A stretch of DNA of 64,000 nt from Nitrospirota bacterium (lineage in GTDB: Bacteria > Nitrospirota > UBA9217): the NCBI GenBank assembly GCA_963790205.1, contig CAWBNQ010000001.1:1056001-1120000 (forward strand), in the 5' to 3' direction. The position numbers were made by a program, and so were the translations under genes. The notes under the pieces were generated by a model, which was not told where the DNA came from, did not search any database, and worked only from the letters and a program-made list of their open reading frames with translations. This document shows positions 55,340-64,000 of this stretch, one piece after another (position 1 is the first letter of the stretch; every line of letters starts with the position of its first letter).

Positions 55340-56059
55340 ATGCATCCTGTCTGGCACTATATTGATTCCGGTTCAAACATCGGCGCCTACAATATGGCTG
55401 TTGACGAAGAACTGCTCGCTCGTGCGCAGGCGGGGGAGGCCATGCCCGTGCTTCGGTTCTACGGGTGGGATCCTCCTGCCGTGTCGATCGGCAGGTTTCA
55501 GCACATTGAGTCGGCGGTAAATGCCGATGCGTGCAGGAAGCGCGGCTTCGACATCGTACGAAGGATCACCGGCGGCAGGGCCGTGCTCCATCATCGCGAG
55601 CTTACCTACAGCATCATTGCGCGTATCGATAATCCGCTCTTCCCTTCGAGCGTGCTCGGCACATACAAGGTGATAGCCGCGGGTCTTCTCGCCGGCCTCA
55701 AGAACCTCGGCATCGACGCTGAGATGGTCTCGCGCGGCGGCCGGCATGCAGCACTCGTAGAAAAGAAATCGAAAGACCAGGCCTGCTTTTCCTCTCCTTC
55801 GTGGTATGAAATTCTCGCGAAGGGGAAGAAGATCGCGGGCAGCGCCCAGCGCAGGATGAGGGGGGCCTTCCTCCAGCACGGCTCGATCCTCATCGGGTAT
55901 GATCCGACGTTAGAAGCCTCGGTAATCCCCGGGGGTTTCAACGGTGATGTCGTCACCTGTATCGAGCGAGAACTGGGCCGCGGTGCCCCACTCGAGGCAG
56001 TGAAGCAGGCGTTCGTGAAGGGGTTCTCGGAAGAATTGGGAATTGAATTCAGAGTCTAA
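55340..56059 (+). CDS. Lipoate--protein ligase family (LplA/LipM-like)
   Basis: NMAVDE, VRRITGGRAVLH, KKIAGSAQ, LQHGS. Confidence 0.9.
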   Translation: MHPVWHYIDSGSNIGAYNMAVDEELLARAQAGEAMPVLRFYGWDPPAVSIGRFQHIESAVNADACRKRGFDIVRRITGGRAVLHHRELTYSIIARIDNPLFPSSVLGTYKVIAAGLLAGLKNLGIDAEMVSRGGRHAALVEKKSKDQACFSSPSWYEILAKGKKIAGSAQRRMRGAFLQHGSILIGYDPTLEASVIPGGFNGDVVTCIERELGRGAPLEAVKQAFVKGFSEELGIEFRV

Positions 56060-56191
56060 TATCTGTCACGGAAACCAAGAGTTCAAACAACGCAACGTTT
56101 CCCTGCCTTGACTCGGGTAGCCGTTCTCTCTAAGGGACCGATGTTTATTACCGGCCCACGTCAGTTGCGTACTGTTTCGCGTATGGGGTGA

Positions 56192-57142
56192 ATGATGAAA
56201 GCAGTCGTTTTCAATAAATACGGCGGCAATGACGTTGTGGATGTCAGGGACGTGCCCGTGCCGGTTCCCGGCCCGGATGAAGTGCTGATCAAGATCCGTG
56301 CCGCGAGCGTCAATCCGGTGGACTGGAAGATGCGTTCCGGCATGCTCAGGATCGTCACGGGCGGCAGGTTCCCCAAGATCCTCGGCAGGGAGTGTGCCGG
56401 AAAGGTCATCGCAACCGGCAACAAGGTGACGAGGTTCAAGACGGGAGATCAGGCCGTCATGCTTCCGGCGATCAGAAGCATGGGCGCTTTTGCCGAATAC
56501 GCCTGCGCTCCTGAGAAGACGACCTATCTCAAATCACGAACGATGTCTTTTGAAGAAGCTGCGTGTATCCCCATCGCCGGTCTTACCGCACTCCAGGCGC
56601 TCCGGGACAAGGGCAGGATAGCGCCCGGCCAGAAGGTCCTGATCAACGGAGCTTCGGGCGGGGTGGGGCACTTCGCCGTCCAGATCGGCAAGATATTCGG
56701 CGCGGACGTCACCGGGGTCTGCAGCGAAGCGAATAGCGGTTTCGTTAAGGGCCTCGGCGCGGACAGCGTGATCGATTATACAAAAGAGGATTTCACCAAG
56801 GGCCGCGAGCAATATGATATTATCTTCGATGCCGTGGCGAAACGCTCCTTCGGCGCGTGCAAGGATGTCCTCGTTGAACGCGGCAGGTACGTAAGCACCC
56901 TGCCGTCTCCTGCCGTCCTCCTGAACAGATATCTCACCGGCTTCCTGACGCGGAAGAAGGCCACGGACATCTGGGTCAAGCCGAACGCGGCAGACATCGA
57001 ATGGATGCAGAATCAGATCGAATCGGGCAGGATCAGGATCGCCATTGACAAGATATACCCCTTGGACCGGGCGAAGGAAGCCCTGGCGTACAGCGAGACC
57101 GGGAAGGCAAGGGGAAAGATCGTGCTCACAATCAGTTCATAG
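56192..57142 (+). CDS. NAD(P)-dependent MDR-family oxidoreductase (Qor-like)
   Basis: ASVNPVDWK, INGASGGVG, GKARGKIV. Confidence 0.92.
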   Translation: MMKAVVFNKYGGNDVVDVRDVPVPVPGPDEVLIKIRAASVNPVDWKMRSGMLRIVTGGRFPKILGRECAGKVIATGNKVTRFKTGDQAVMLPAIRSMGAFAEYACAPEKTTYLKSRTMSFEEAACIPIAGLTALQALRDKGRIAPGQKVLINGASGGVGHFAVQIGKIFGADVTGVCSEANSGFVKGLGADSVIDYTKEDFTKGREQYDIIFDAVAKRSFGACKDVLVERGRYVSTLPSPAVLLNRYLTGFLTRKKATDIWVKPNAADIEWMQNQIESGRIRIAIDKIYPLDRAKEALAYSETGKARGKIVLTISS

Positions 57143-57171
57143 TTCAGAGTACACAGTACAGAGTAAAATCC

Positions 57172-58779
57172 ATGGTGAACGCATCGATAATCGGGCAGAA
57201 AGACCATGACTACGACTTCATAATCGTCGGATCAGGATTCGGCGGCTCCGTGTCCGCGCTTCGGCTCGCTGAGAAGGGCTGCAAGGTTATGGTCCTCGAA
57301 AAAGGGAAGCGGCTCACGGGGAAGGATTTCCCCAAAAGGAACTGGAACCTGAGGAAATGGTTCTGGCTGCCGGCGTTCAGGTTCTTCGGATTTTTTAAAA
57401 TCACCTGGTTCCGCCACGTCACGATCCTGTCCGGCGTGGGCGTGGGAGGCGGCTCGCTGGTTTACGCCAACACGCTCCCGGTCCCGAAGCCGGAATTCTT
57501 TAAGGCTGCGAGTTGGGCCCATCTCGCGGACTGGGAAGAGGAAATCAAGGGATTCTATCCCCTGGCGACGAAGATGCTCGGATCGGTCCAATGTCCGCGT
57601 TTGGAGACCGGGGACCGAGCGCTCAAGACCCTGGCAGAACAGATCGGCAAGGCAGAGGGCTTCGAACCCACGAAGGTCGCTGTTTTTTTCGGAGAGCCGG
57701 AGAAGACCGTTCCTGACCCATATTTTAACGGCAAGGGGCCGGAGCGCGCGGGCTGCGTTTTCTGCGGCGGGTGCATGGTCGGCTGCCGGTATAACGCGAA
57801 GAACACGCTGGACAAGAACTACCTTTATTTAGCGGAACAACTGGGAACCACGATCCAACCGGAGTCGGAAGTGTACGACGTCGTCCCGCTGGGCAAGGCT
57901 GACGGATCGGAAGGCTATCGGGTGAAATGGAGGTCGTCAACAGCGCTGCTTAAAAAAAGAGGGGACTACACCTGCCAAGGCATTATCTTTTCCGGAGGAG
58001 TGCTCGGCACCGTATCGCTTCTTCTGAAACTCAAAGAGGCGTCGCTTCCGAACCTATCCGATATGATCGGGGCGCATGTGCGTACGAACTCCGAAAGTTT
58101 GATTGGAATAACGACCTTTGACAAACAAGCGGTCTTCTCCGACGGTATCGCGATCAGTTCCATTCTCCATACCGACACGCACAGCCATTTGGAGCCGGTA
58201 CGCTATCCAGCGGGCTCCGGGTTCTGGCGGCTTTTGGGAGCGCCCCTTGCCCAGGGAAGAAATGTCATGGTCAGAGTAGCCAAGGTCATTGTCGATCTTG
58301 TTCGTCATCCCGCGAAGAACCTGAAAGTTTTTTTCATCGACGATTGGGCCAAGAGAACGCAGATCCTGCTCTCCATGCGCACGCTCGACAGCACCTTTCG
58401 CTTCTGCCGGGGCCTATTCGGCATGAAGACCGTGGCAGAGATGGGGGAGCGGCCGACGGCCTTTGTTCCCGAAGCAGGAGATCTTGCGAAACGGTACGCT
58501 AAAATCGTAAACGGAAAACCCATGGTGCTCCTTACGGAAACGCTTTTCGGCATCCCCACGACCGCGCATATCCTGGGAGGGTGCGTCATGGGAAAGGACC
58601 GGAACGAAGGCGTGATCGACAAGGACAATCGCGTTTTCGGGTACCGGAATATGTACATCTGCGACGGCTCCATGATATCGGCCAACCCGGGTGTGAACCC
58701 CTCGCTCACGATCACGGCGCTCACGGAGCGGGCGATGAGCAAAATTGCGGAGAAGGGCGGCAACTCCCCCCAGTTTTAA
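57172..58779 (+). CDS. GMC oxidoreductase (cholesterol oxidase ChoD-like)
   Basis: IVGSGFGGS, GVGGGSLVYAN, C..CG.CM.GCRYNAKNTLDKNYL, TAHILGG, ANPGVNPSLTI. Confidence 0.9.
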   Translation: MVNASIIGQKDHDYDFIIVGSGFGGSVSALRLAEKGCKVMVLEKGKRLTGKDFPKRNWNLRKWFWLPAFRFFGFFKITWFRHVTILSGVGVGGGSLVYANTLPVPKPEFFKAASWAHLADWEEEIKGFYPLATKMLGSVQCPRLETGDRALKTLAEQIGKAEGFEPTKVAVFFGEPEKTVPDPYFNGKGPERAGCVFCGGCMVGCRYNAKNTLDKNYLYLAEQLGTTIQPESEVYDVVPLGKADGSEGYRVKWRSSTALLKKRGDYTCQGIIFSGGVLGTVSLLLKLKEASLPNLSDMIGAHVRTNSESLIGITTFDKQAVFSDGIAISSILHTDTHSHLEPVRYPAGSGFWRLLGAPLAQGRNVMVRVAKVIVDLVRHPAKNLKVFFIDDWAKRTQILLSMRTLDSTFRFCRGLFGMKTVAEMGERPTAFVPEAGDLAKRYAKIVNGKPMVLLTETLFGIPTTAHILGGCVMGKDRNEGVIDKDNRVFGYRNMYICDGSMISANPGVNPSLTITALTERAMSKIAEKGGNSPQF

Positions 58780-58963
58780 CAATGTGTCGCCGTGGTCCAA
58801 TCCTGCCACCCGTATTAATAATAACTCCGAACTGTGAACTCTGAACCGCAGTCAGCCTTTCCGCGTCTTCAAATTCCTTGACAAAATAAAGGCGAGTACT
58901 ATAATCGTGAACGTGCAATCACAAAGGACAAATAGGCCGCGCATGCGGGCGTCGGAGGAGAGC

Positions 58964-59767
58964 ATGACTACTTTTTGCAAGGACGGATCCATGACGCCGG
59001 GAGCGTCTGCGGCCGGGAAGGTGTTCACCCTATGGGCGCTCTTTGGCGCGCTCATTGTCCCTCTCATCGTTTCATGCGGTCTGCGGGTTCCGCAGGAGGG
59101 CGGCGACCTGAGAGACAAAATTTTCAATGCCTACGGAGGCAGAGAACGTCTCTCGCAGATCCATTCGATAGCCGCGGAGGGGAAGATAACCGCACTGGTC
59201 AGGGGAGACCGCGGCGTTTACCGTCGCGCCCTGCGCAGGGACGGCAAATTGTTCGTGGACATCCAATACGCCCGGTCCCGGGAAACGCGCATCCTGAACG
59301 GGACCCGCGCGCTCCGCGGCATCGATGGAAAGATCGAGGAGGCCAGCGGCCCCGGCTATCGTGCCATGGTATACCAGTACAACGAGCTGAGCATGCCCTT
59401 TGCGCTGCTCGACAACTCCTTCGAGGTGAGCGACGAGGGCCACGATTCCGTGAACGGCGCCGTTGTCAGCGTTCTCCGATGCACGGACCGGGCGGGGAAC
59501 AGCATTGATGTGTTCGTTGACGATGCGACGTATCGGATCGTCAAAACGTCCGGCATTTTTTCGATGGGGGACCAGTCGACGATGCTGAGCGCCGTGTTCG
59601 GCGATTTCAGGTTCTTCGAAGGCGTGCTCATGCCCTTCAAGATCATCAATTACGCGGGAGACACGAAGATCAGCGAAACGATCATCGATGATTATCTCTT
59701 CAACGCGCGCCTGAGCGATGCGCTGTTTGATCCCCATGCGCATATTCAGGACCATCCGAAAGATTGA
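58964..59767 (+). CDS. Hypothetical exported/lipoprotein (beta-rich, LolA-like inferred)
   Basis: RBS GGAGGAG, hydrophobic segment ending LIVSC, AYGG motif, DFR..EGVLMPFKI. Confidence 0.65.
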   Translation: MTTFCKDGSMTPGASAAGKVFTLWALFGALIVPLIVSCGLRVPQEGGDLRDKIFNAYGGRERLSQIHSIAAEGKITALVRGDRGVYRRALRRDGKLFVDIQYARSRETRILNGTRALRGIDGKIEEASGPGYRAMVYQYNELSMPFALLDNSFEVSDEGHDSVNGAVVSVLRCTDRAGNSIDVFVDDATYRIVKTSGIFSMGDQSTMLSAVFGDFRFFEGVLMPFKIINYAGDTKISETIIDDYLFNARLSDALFDPHAHIQDHPKD

Positions 59768-59791
59768 GGCCGACACCCGAGGCGACGATCT

Positions 59792-59968
59792 GGGTCAACA
59801 CGCGCCGCGCACGATCATTACGCTTGCCGGGCGGGCGATGAACAGGATGCCTGAGAAGGCGCGGCAGCTCACCACAGGTTTAACAGCGTATCACTGCGGT
59901 CGTCTCCTGCCATCCGTATTAATAATAACTCTGAACTGTGAACTCTGAACTTTGAACTGCAGTCAGCC
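59792..59968 (+). repeat. Diverged duplicate of the GMC oxidoreductase 3' end and downstream spacer (first copy ~58690-58857)
   Basis: TIITLAGRAMNRMPEK vs TITALTERAMSKIAEK; shared TCCTGCCA.CCGTATTAATAATAACTC.GAACTGTGAACTCTGAAC and GCAGTCAGCC. Confidence 0.8.
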
Positions 59969-60169
59969 ATGATCTGGAACAACCATCGCGGAGCAGTTAA
60001 TCAGGCGGCATGCGTGCTTGGAGCGTTTCGCCGTGAATATTCTGACGCGCGCGGCGCTCAAAAGACAACACCAGAACTTGTACAACGGGCAATTGACTGC
60101 GCTGTATTCATTATTTGGAGCATCGGCAGCTTGCTCTGAACAATTGTAGGGAATGTTGAGAGGATCGTC

Positions 60170-60532
60170 ATGCCTCTTCACATCAAGAATCCAACGGTGA
60201 TCAAAGCCGCGGGCAACAAGCCGAAGATCATAGAGGAGTTCGTCGGCCGCGTGAATTCGAAAACAGCGGCCGTGAGCATCGCGCGTATGAAAAGCCCCTC
60301 GGGCTGGACCGAGCCGGGCCAGACACCGAAGTTCGACGAGTACACGCTCGTGCTTAAGGGCAGGCTGCGGGTCTTGACGAAAAACGGGAGCTACGATGTC
60401 AAAGCCGGCGAAGCAATCATAACCAACAAAGGTGAATGGGTGCAGTACAGTACTCCCGGCCCGGAGGGTGCCGAGTACATTGCCGTTTGCCTTCCTGCGT
60501 TCACGCCTGAGAGCGTTCACCGGGATGGGTAA
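60170..60532 (+). CDS. Cupin-domain protein
   Basis: PKIIEEFVGRVN, GWTEPGQTPKFDEY, EYIAVCLPAF. Confidence 0.85.
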   Translation: MPLHIKNPTVIKAAGNKPKIIEEFVGRVNSKTAAVSIARMKSPSGWTEPGQTPKFDEYTLVLKGRLRVLTKNGSYDVKAGEAIITNKGEWVQYSTPGPEGAEYIAVCLPAFTPESVHRDG

Positions 60533-60673
60533 AAATTCAAAGTTCGGAGTTGGAGTACTGAGTTCATCGTTCAGAAGAATATTTAAATTTCCCCCCTCTG
60601 TTCCTTCTGATATAATGAATCCGTAAGCAGTAAAATCCATTGTGATCGTCATTTCCCGACGCCAGGTGATTCC

Positions 60674-63334
60674 ATGTCCGGTTCCCAGACTGCTGAAACG
60701 CACAAAGCTATCTACCTCAAAGATTACCGTCCGCCCGATTACCGGATCGAGACCGTAAACCTCGAATTCGACCTCGACGAAACGCGGACGCGCGTCAAAT
60801 CGCTCATGACCGTGGCCTGCAACCACGACCGGTGCGAAGGCATCCATCCCCTGGTCCTGAACGGCCGGGATCTCGCGCTCAAGGCCATCAGGCTCGACGG
60901 GCAGCCCTTGGGCGAGCACGACTACAAGCTCGATGAGACGTCGCTCTTGATCCTGCCGGTCCCGGACCGGTTTACCCTCGAGATAGAGACCGAGATCGAT
61001 CCAAAAAACAATACGGAACTTTCAGGCCTGTACATGTCGGCGAGCGGCTTCTACACCCAGTGCGAGGCCGAAGGCTTCCGCAAGATCACCTTTTATCCCG
61101 ACCGTCCCGATGTCATGGCGCAGTTCTTCACCACCATCGTGGGGGACAAAAAGAAATATCCCGTGCTGCTCTCGAACGGGAACCTCATCGGCTCGGGCGT
61201 GATGAAGGACGGCCGACACTTTGCCAAGTGGCACGATCCCTTCCCCAAGCCGGCGTATCTCTTTGCCCTCGTGGCCGGGGACCTCGCCCGCGTCGAAGAC
61301 AGGTTTATGACGATGTCCGGCCGGGACGTGACGCTCCACATCTATGTTCAGCATCACAACATTGACAAGTGCGCCCACGCCATGGAGTCGCTCAAGCTGG
61401 CCATGAAATGGGACGAGGAGACCTACGGCAGGGAGTACGACCTGGACCTCTTCATGATCGTTGCGACCGACGACTTCAACATGGGCGCCATGGAGAACAA
61501 GGGCCTGAACATCTTCAATTCAAAGTACGTGCTCGCAAGACCGGATACCGCCACGGACGCGGACTTCCAGGGCATCATGGGCGTCGTGGGCCATGAGTAC
61601 TTCCACAACTGGTCCGGCGACCGCGTCACCTGCCGCGACTGGTTCCAGCTCTCGCTCAAAGAAGGCTTTACCGTGTTCCGGGACCAGCAGTTCATGGAGG
61701 ACATGACCTCGCGCGGCGTGAAGCGCATCAGCGACGTGAATATCCTGCGCACCCATCAGTTCCGCGAAGACAGCGGGCCCATGGCCCACCCGGTGCGGCC
61801 CGAGTCCTACGTCGAGATCAACAATTTCTACACCCTCACGGTCTACAACAAGGGCGCCGAGGTGATCCGCATGATGAGGACGCTCCTTGGAACGGAGGGA
61901 TTCCGCAAAGGCACGGACCTTTACTTCTCGCGCCACGACCACAAGGCCGTCACGACCGACGATTTCGTCAAGGCCATGGAAGACGCAACCGGCGTGGACC
62001 TTTCCCAGTTCAAGCTTTGGTACTCCCAGGCAGGCACGCCCGAGCTTCACGTGGCGCGCGATTATGATGCGAAGTCGAAAACCTATACGCTCACGATCAA
62101 ACAGACCTGCCCGCCCACGCCGGGGCAGCCGGAGAAAGGGCCCTTCCATATTCCCGTCGCCGTAGGATTGATAGGCGAGGAGGGGAGGGACCTTCCGTTA
62201 ACGCTTGACGGGGCAACGGGGGGGCGGGGCGACGAGGTGACGAAAATACTCGAGATAAAAAAACAAAAAGAAACGTTCATTTTCAGAAATATCCCTCATG
62301 AGCCTGTTCCGTCGGTCCTGCGTCACTTCTCGGCGCCCGTCAAGGTAAAGCTCGAGCTTACCGGCAAGGAGCGCCTGTTCCTCATGGCGCACGACAGCGA
62401 CGAATTCAATCGCTGGGACGCGGGCCAGCAGCTCGAGGTAAAGCTCATCCTGGACTTGATCAAGGATTTTCAACAGGGCAGGACGCTCAAGCTCGACCGT
62501 TCCTTTATGAGCGCGTTCAGCGCGACGCTTGAAAGCAAAATGCAGGACCAGGCATTCCAGGCTTTCGCTCTCTCGCTTCCCGCCGAGCAGTATCTTTCGG
62601 ATTTCATGGACGTGATCGACCCCACGGCTGTTCATGAGGCGCGGAGATACATGCAGAAGACGCTGGCCGCGGAACTGAAGGAAACCTTCCACGCCGTGTA
62701 TTACACCAACCAGGACACGGGCCCCTACCGCATCGACCAGGCGTCCGTCGGACGCCGGAGCCTCAAGAATATCTGCCTTGCCTATCTCATGGAACTGGAT
62801 GAGCCCGGCATTCGAAAGCTTTGCTTGGAACAGTATCGGACCGCCGGAAACATGACCGACGCCATTACGGCACTGGCAAATCTCGCGAATACCGATTGCC
62901 CGGAGAGGCAGGAGGCGCTTGCCGCGTTCTATGAAAAATGGAAGGACGATCCCCTTGTGCTGGACAAGTGGCTTTCCATCCAAGCGCTGTCGCGCTTGCC
63001 GGACGCGCTCGAGGCCGTGAAGGCGCTCACGCGCCATCCTTCCTTCAATATCAAGAACCCCAACAAGGTGCGCGCCCTTATCGGGGCCTTTTCAGCCAAC
63101 ACGGTGCGGTTCCATGACCCGGGCGGCGAAGGGTATGCGTTCCTTGCGGACCAGGTCCTCGCTCTCGACCTCATGAATCCCCAGATCGCGGCGCGGCTCG
63201 TCTCGGCATTCACCTTGTGGAAGAGGTATGACGAGAAACGGAAAGCCTTAATGAAAACACAGCTCGAAAGGATACTGAATGCGCCGAAGCTGTCGAAAGA
63301 CGTGCACGAGATTGTGTCAAAAAGCCTGGCGTAG
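60674..63334 (+). CDS. pepN: Aminopeptidase N
   Basis: TQCEAEGFR, GAMEN, HEYFH...LKEG zinc motif, NPNKVRAL. Confidence 0.97.
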   Translation: MSGSQTAETHKAIYLKDYRPPDYRIETVNLEFDLDETRTRVKSLMTVACNHDRCEGIHPLVLNGRDLALKAIRLDGQPLGEHDYKLDETSLLILPVPDRFTLEIETEIDPKNNTELSGLYMSASGFYTQCEAEGFRKITFYPDRPDVMAQFFTTIVGDKKKYPVLLSNGNLIGSGVMKDGRHFAKWHDPFPKPAYLFALVAGDLARVEDRFMTMSGRDVTLHIYVQHHNIDKCAHAMESLKLAMKWDEETYGREYDLDLFMIVATDDFNMGAMENKGLNIFNSKYVLARPDTATDADFQGIMGVVGHEYFHNWSGDRVTCRDWFQLSLKEGFTVFRDQQFMEDMTSRGVKRISDVNILRTHQFREDSGPMAHPVRPESYVEINNFYTLTVYNKGAEVIRMMRTLLGTEGFRKGTDLYFSRHDHKAVTTDDFVKAMEDATGVDLSQFKLWYSQAGTPELHVARDYDAKSKTYTLTIKQTCPPTPGQPEKGPFHIPVAVGLIGEEGRDLPLTLDGATGGRGDEVTKILEIKKQKETFIFRNIPHEPVPSVLRHFSAPVKVKLELTGKERLFLMAHDSDEFNRWDAGQQLEVKLILDLIKDFQQGRTLKLDRSFMSAFSATLESKMQDQAFQAFALSLPAEQYLSDFMDVIDPTAVHEARRYMQKTLAAELKETFHAVYYTNQDTGPYRIDQASVGRRSLKNICLAYLMELDEPGIRKLCLEQYRTAGNMTDAITALANLANTDCPERQEALAAFYEKWKDDPLVLDKWLSIQALSRLPDALEAVKALTRHPSFNIKNPNKVRALIGAFSANTVRFHDPGGEGYAFLADQVLALDLMNPQIAARLVSAFTLWKRYDEKRKALMKTQLERILNAPKLSKDVHEIVSKSLA

Positions 63335-63361
63335 AGTCACCATGACACCGGTCCGTATCCG

Positions 63362-63727
63362 ATGAAGCCTCCTCTCTTCCGGCAGGCGCTGCCGGGGTCT
63401 GCCATCGTGCTCATTGTTGATGACGAACCCTCCACCCGAGAAGCCTCCTTCTATGATGTATGCTCCGGACCGCAGGGTATGTTGTTCTCGAGGCCTCGTC
63501 CGGTCCCGAGGCCCTGGAAGAGCGCCGGGCAGCAGTGCAAGATCGATATTCTCCTGACGATATCATCATGACCGGCCGCATGCTGGCCGAGATCCTCAGT
63601 ACCCGGTTATCGGTCTGGATATGATCTTCATGTCATGATACATCGATGACTCGCGCAGTGAGACCATGGAGCAGGGCCTCCATTACATCCAGCAGCCGTT
63701 GAACTGGAAGAAACTGGAGGATATAAC
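63362..63727 (+). pseudogene. Degenerate response-regulator receiver gene
   Basis: VLIVDDEP, IDILLT followed by an out-of-frame DIIM; fragmented by frameshifts and stops. Confidence 0.55.
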
Positions 63728-63957
63728 ATGATTTACAGGGAAAAAGGGAAAAGGGAACCTGAACCCCCTCCAGCCGATTAGCAACCCCCCCCCTAATCCG
63801 CATTTGACCAACCCTCAGGACCGGTCCAAAAGACCGCCGGGCAGGCGATTGGGCTAGAACTGATGCAATGCAAAACCGTAACTTTAGGTTGATTTTTCAG
63901 CCGGCTCCAGGTTAAAAATAGTATACTCTTTTTCGGCTTGGCTTCGGGTAAAACAGA

Positions 63958-64000
63958 ATGGCATACATCAACGATTCCGACAAAGGAATCAGAAAAATCT
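63958..64000 (+). CDS. Possible start of the next gene (MAYINDSDKGIRKI...), truncated by window edge
   Basis: ATG with an open frame to the window end; too short to assign. Confidence 0.3.
   Translation, partial: MAYINDSDKGIRKI

Overview
Bacterial chromosomal window, most likely Nitrospirota or a related lineage (judged by eye from the 16S sequence and gene content, not confirmed). 1-33.8 kb is mostly housekeeping: hemE-hemH-hemY, an ABC-2 exporter, a peptide-binding lipoprotein, gap-pgk-tpiA-secG, DUF1015, ribF, cbiX, tyrS, a complete rrn operon (16S-tRNAIle-tRNAAla-23S-5S), an OmpA-family gene, smpB, a truncated IS4-family remnant, and a rhodanese-TolC-MFP-RND-crotonase-CBS-DUF2892 operon. 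The main feature is a complete ~20 kb Tn7-like transposon (33802-53808) with TGTCAGT termini, repeated TnsB-type sites and a near-perfect 5-bp target duplication. It splits the DUF2892 gene into two halves that rejoin in frame. It encodes TnsA, TnsB, TnsC/TniB, a long TniQ and a remote, oppositely oriented TnsE-like protein; no Cas genes or CRISPR array were seen. Its AT-rich cargo looks like a defence island: an SPPY DNA methyltransferase, an 840-aa GHKL-type ATPase with a small putative regulator, an HhH-GPD [4Fe-4S] glycosylase, an Mrr-type nuclease knocked out by two IS630 copies, an AbiGi-like protein, membrane proteins and an orphan Phd antitoxin. The MTase/GHKL/glycosylase/Mrr module is the best candidate for an undescribed system. 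After the transposon: an FmdB-like gene, a lipid A acyltransferase, a lipoate ligase, two oxidoreductases, a cupin, pepN and a response-regulator remnant. Intergenic spaces repeatedly carry 7-mer/9-mer and palindromic micro-repeats. All family assignments are from motif recognition; no searches were run.
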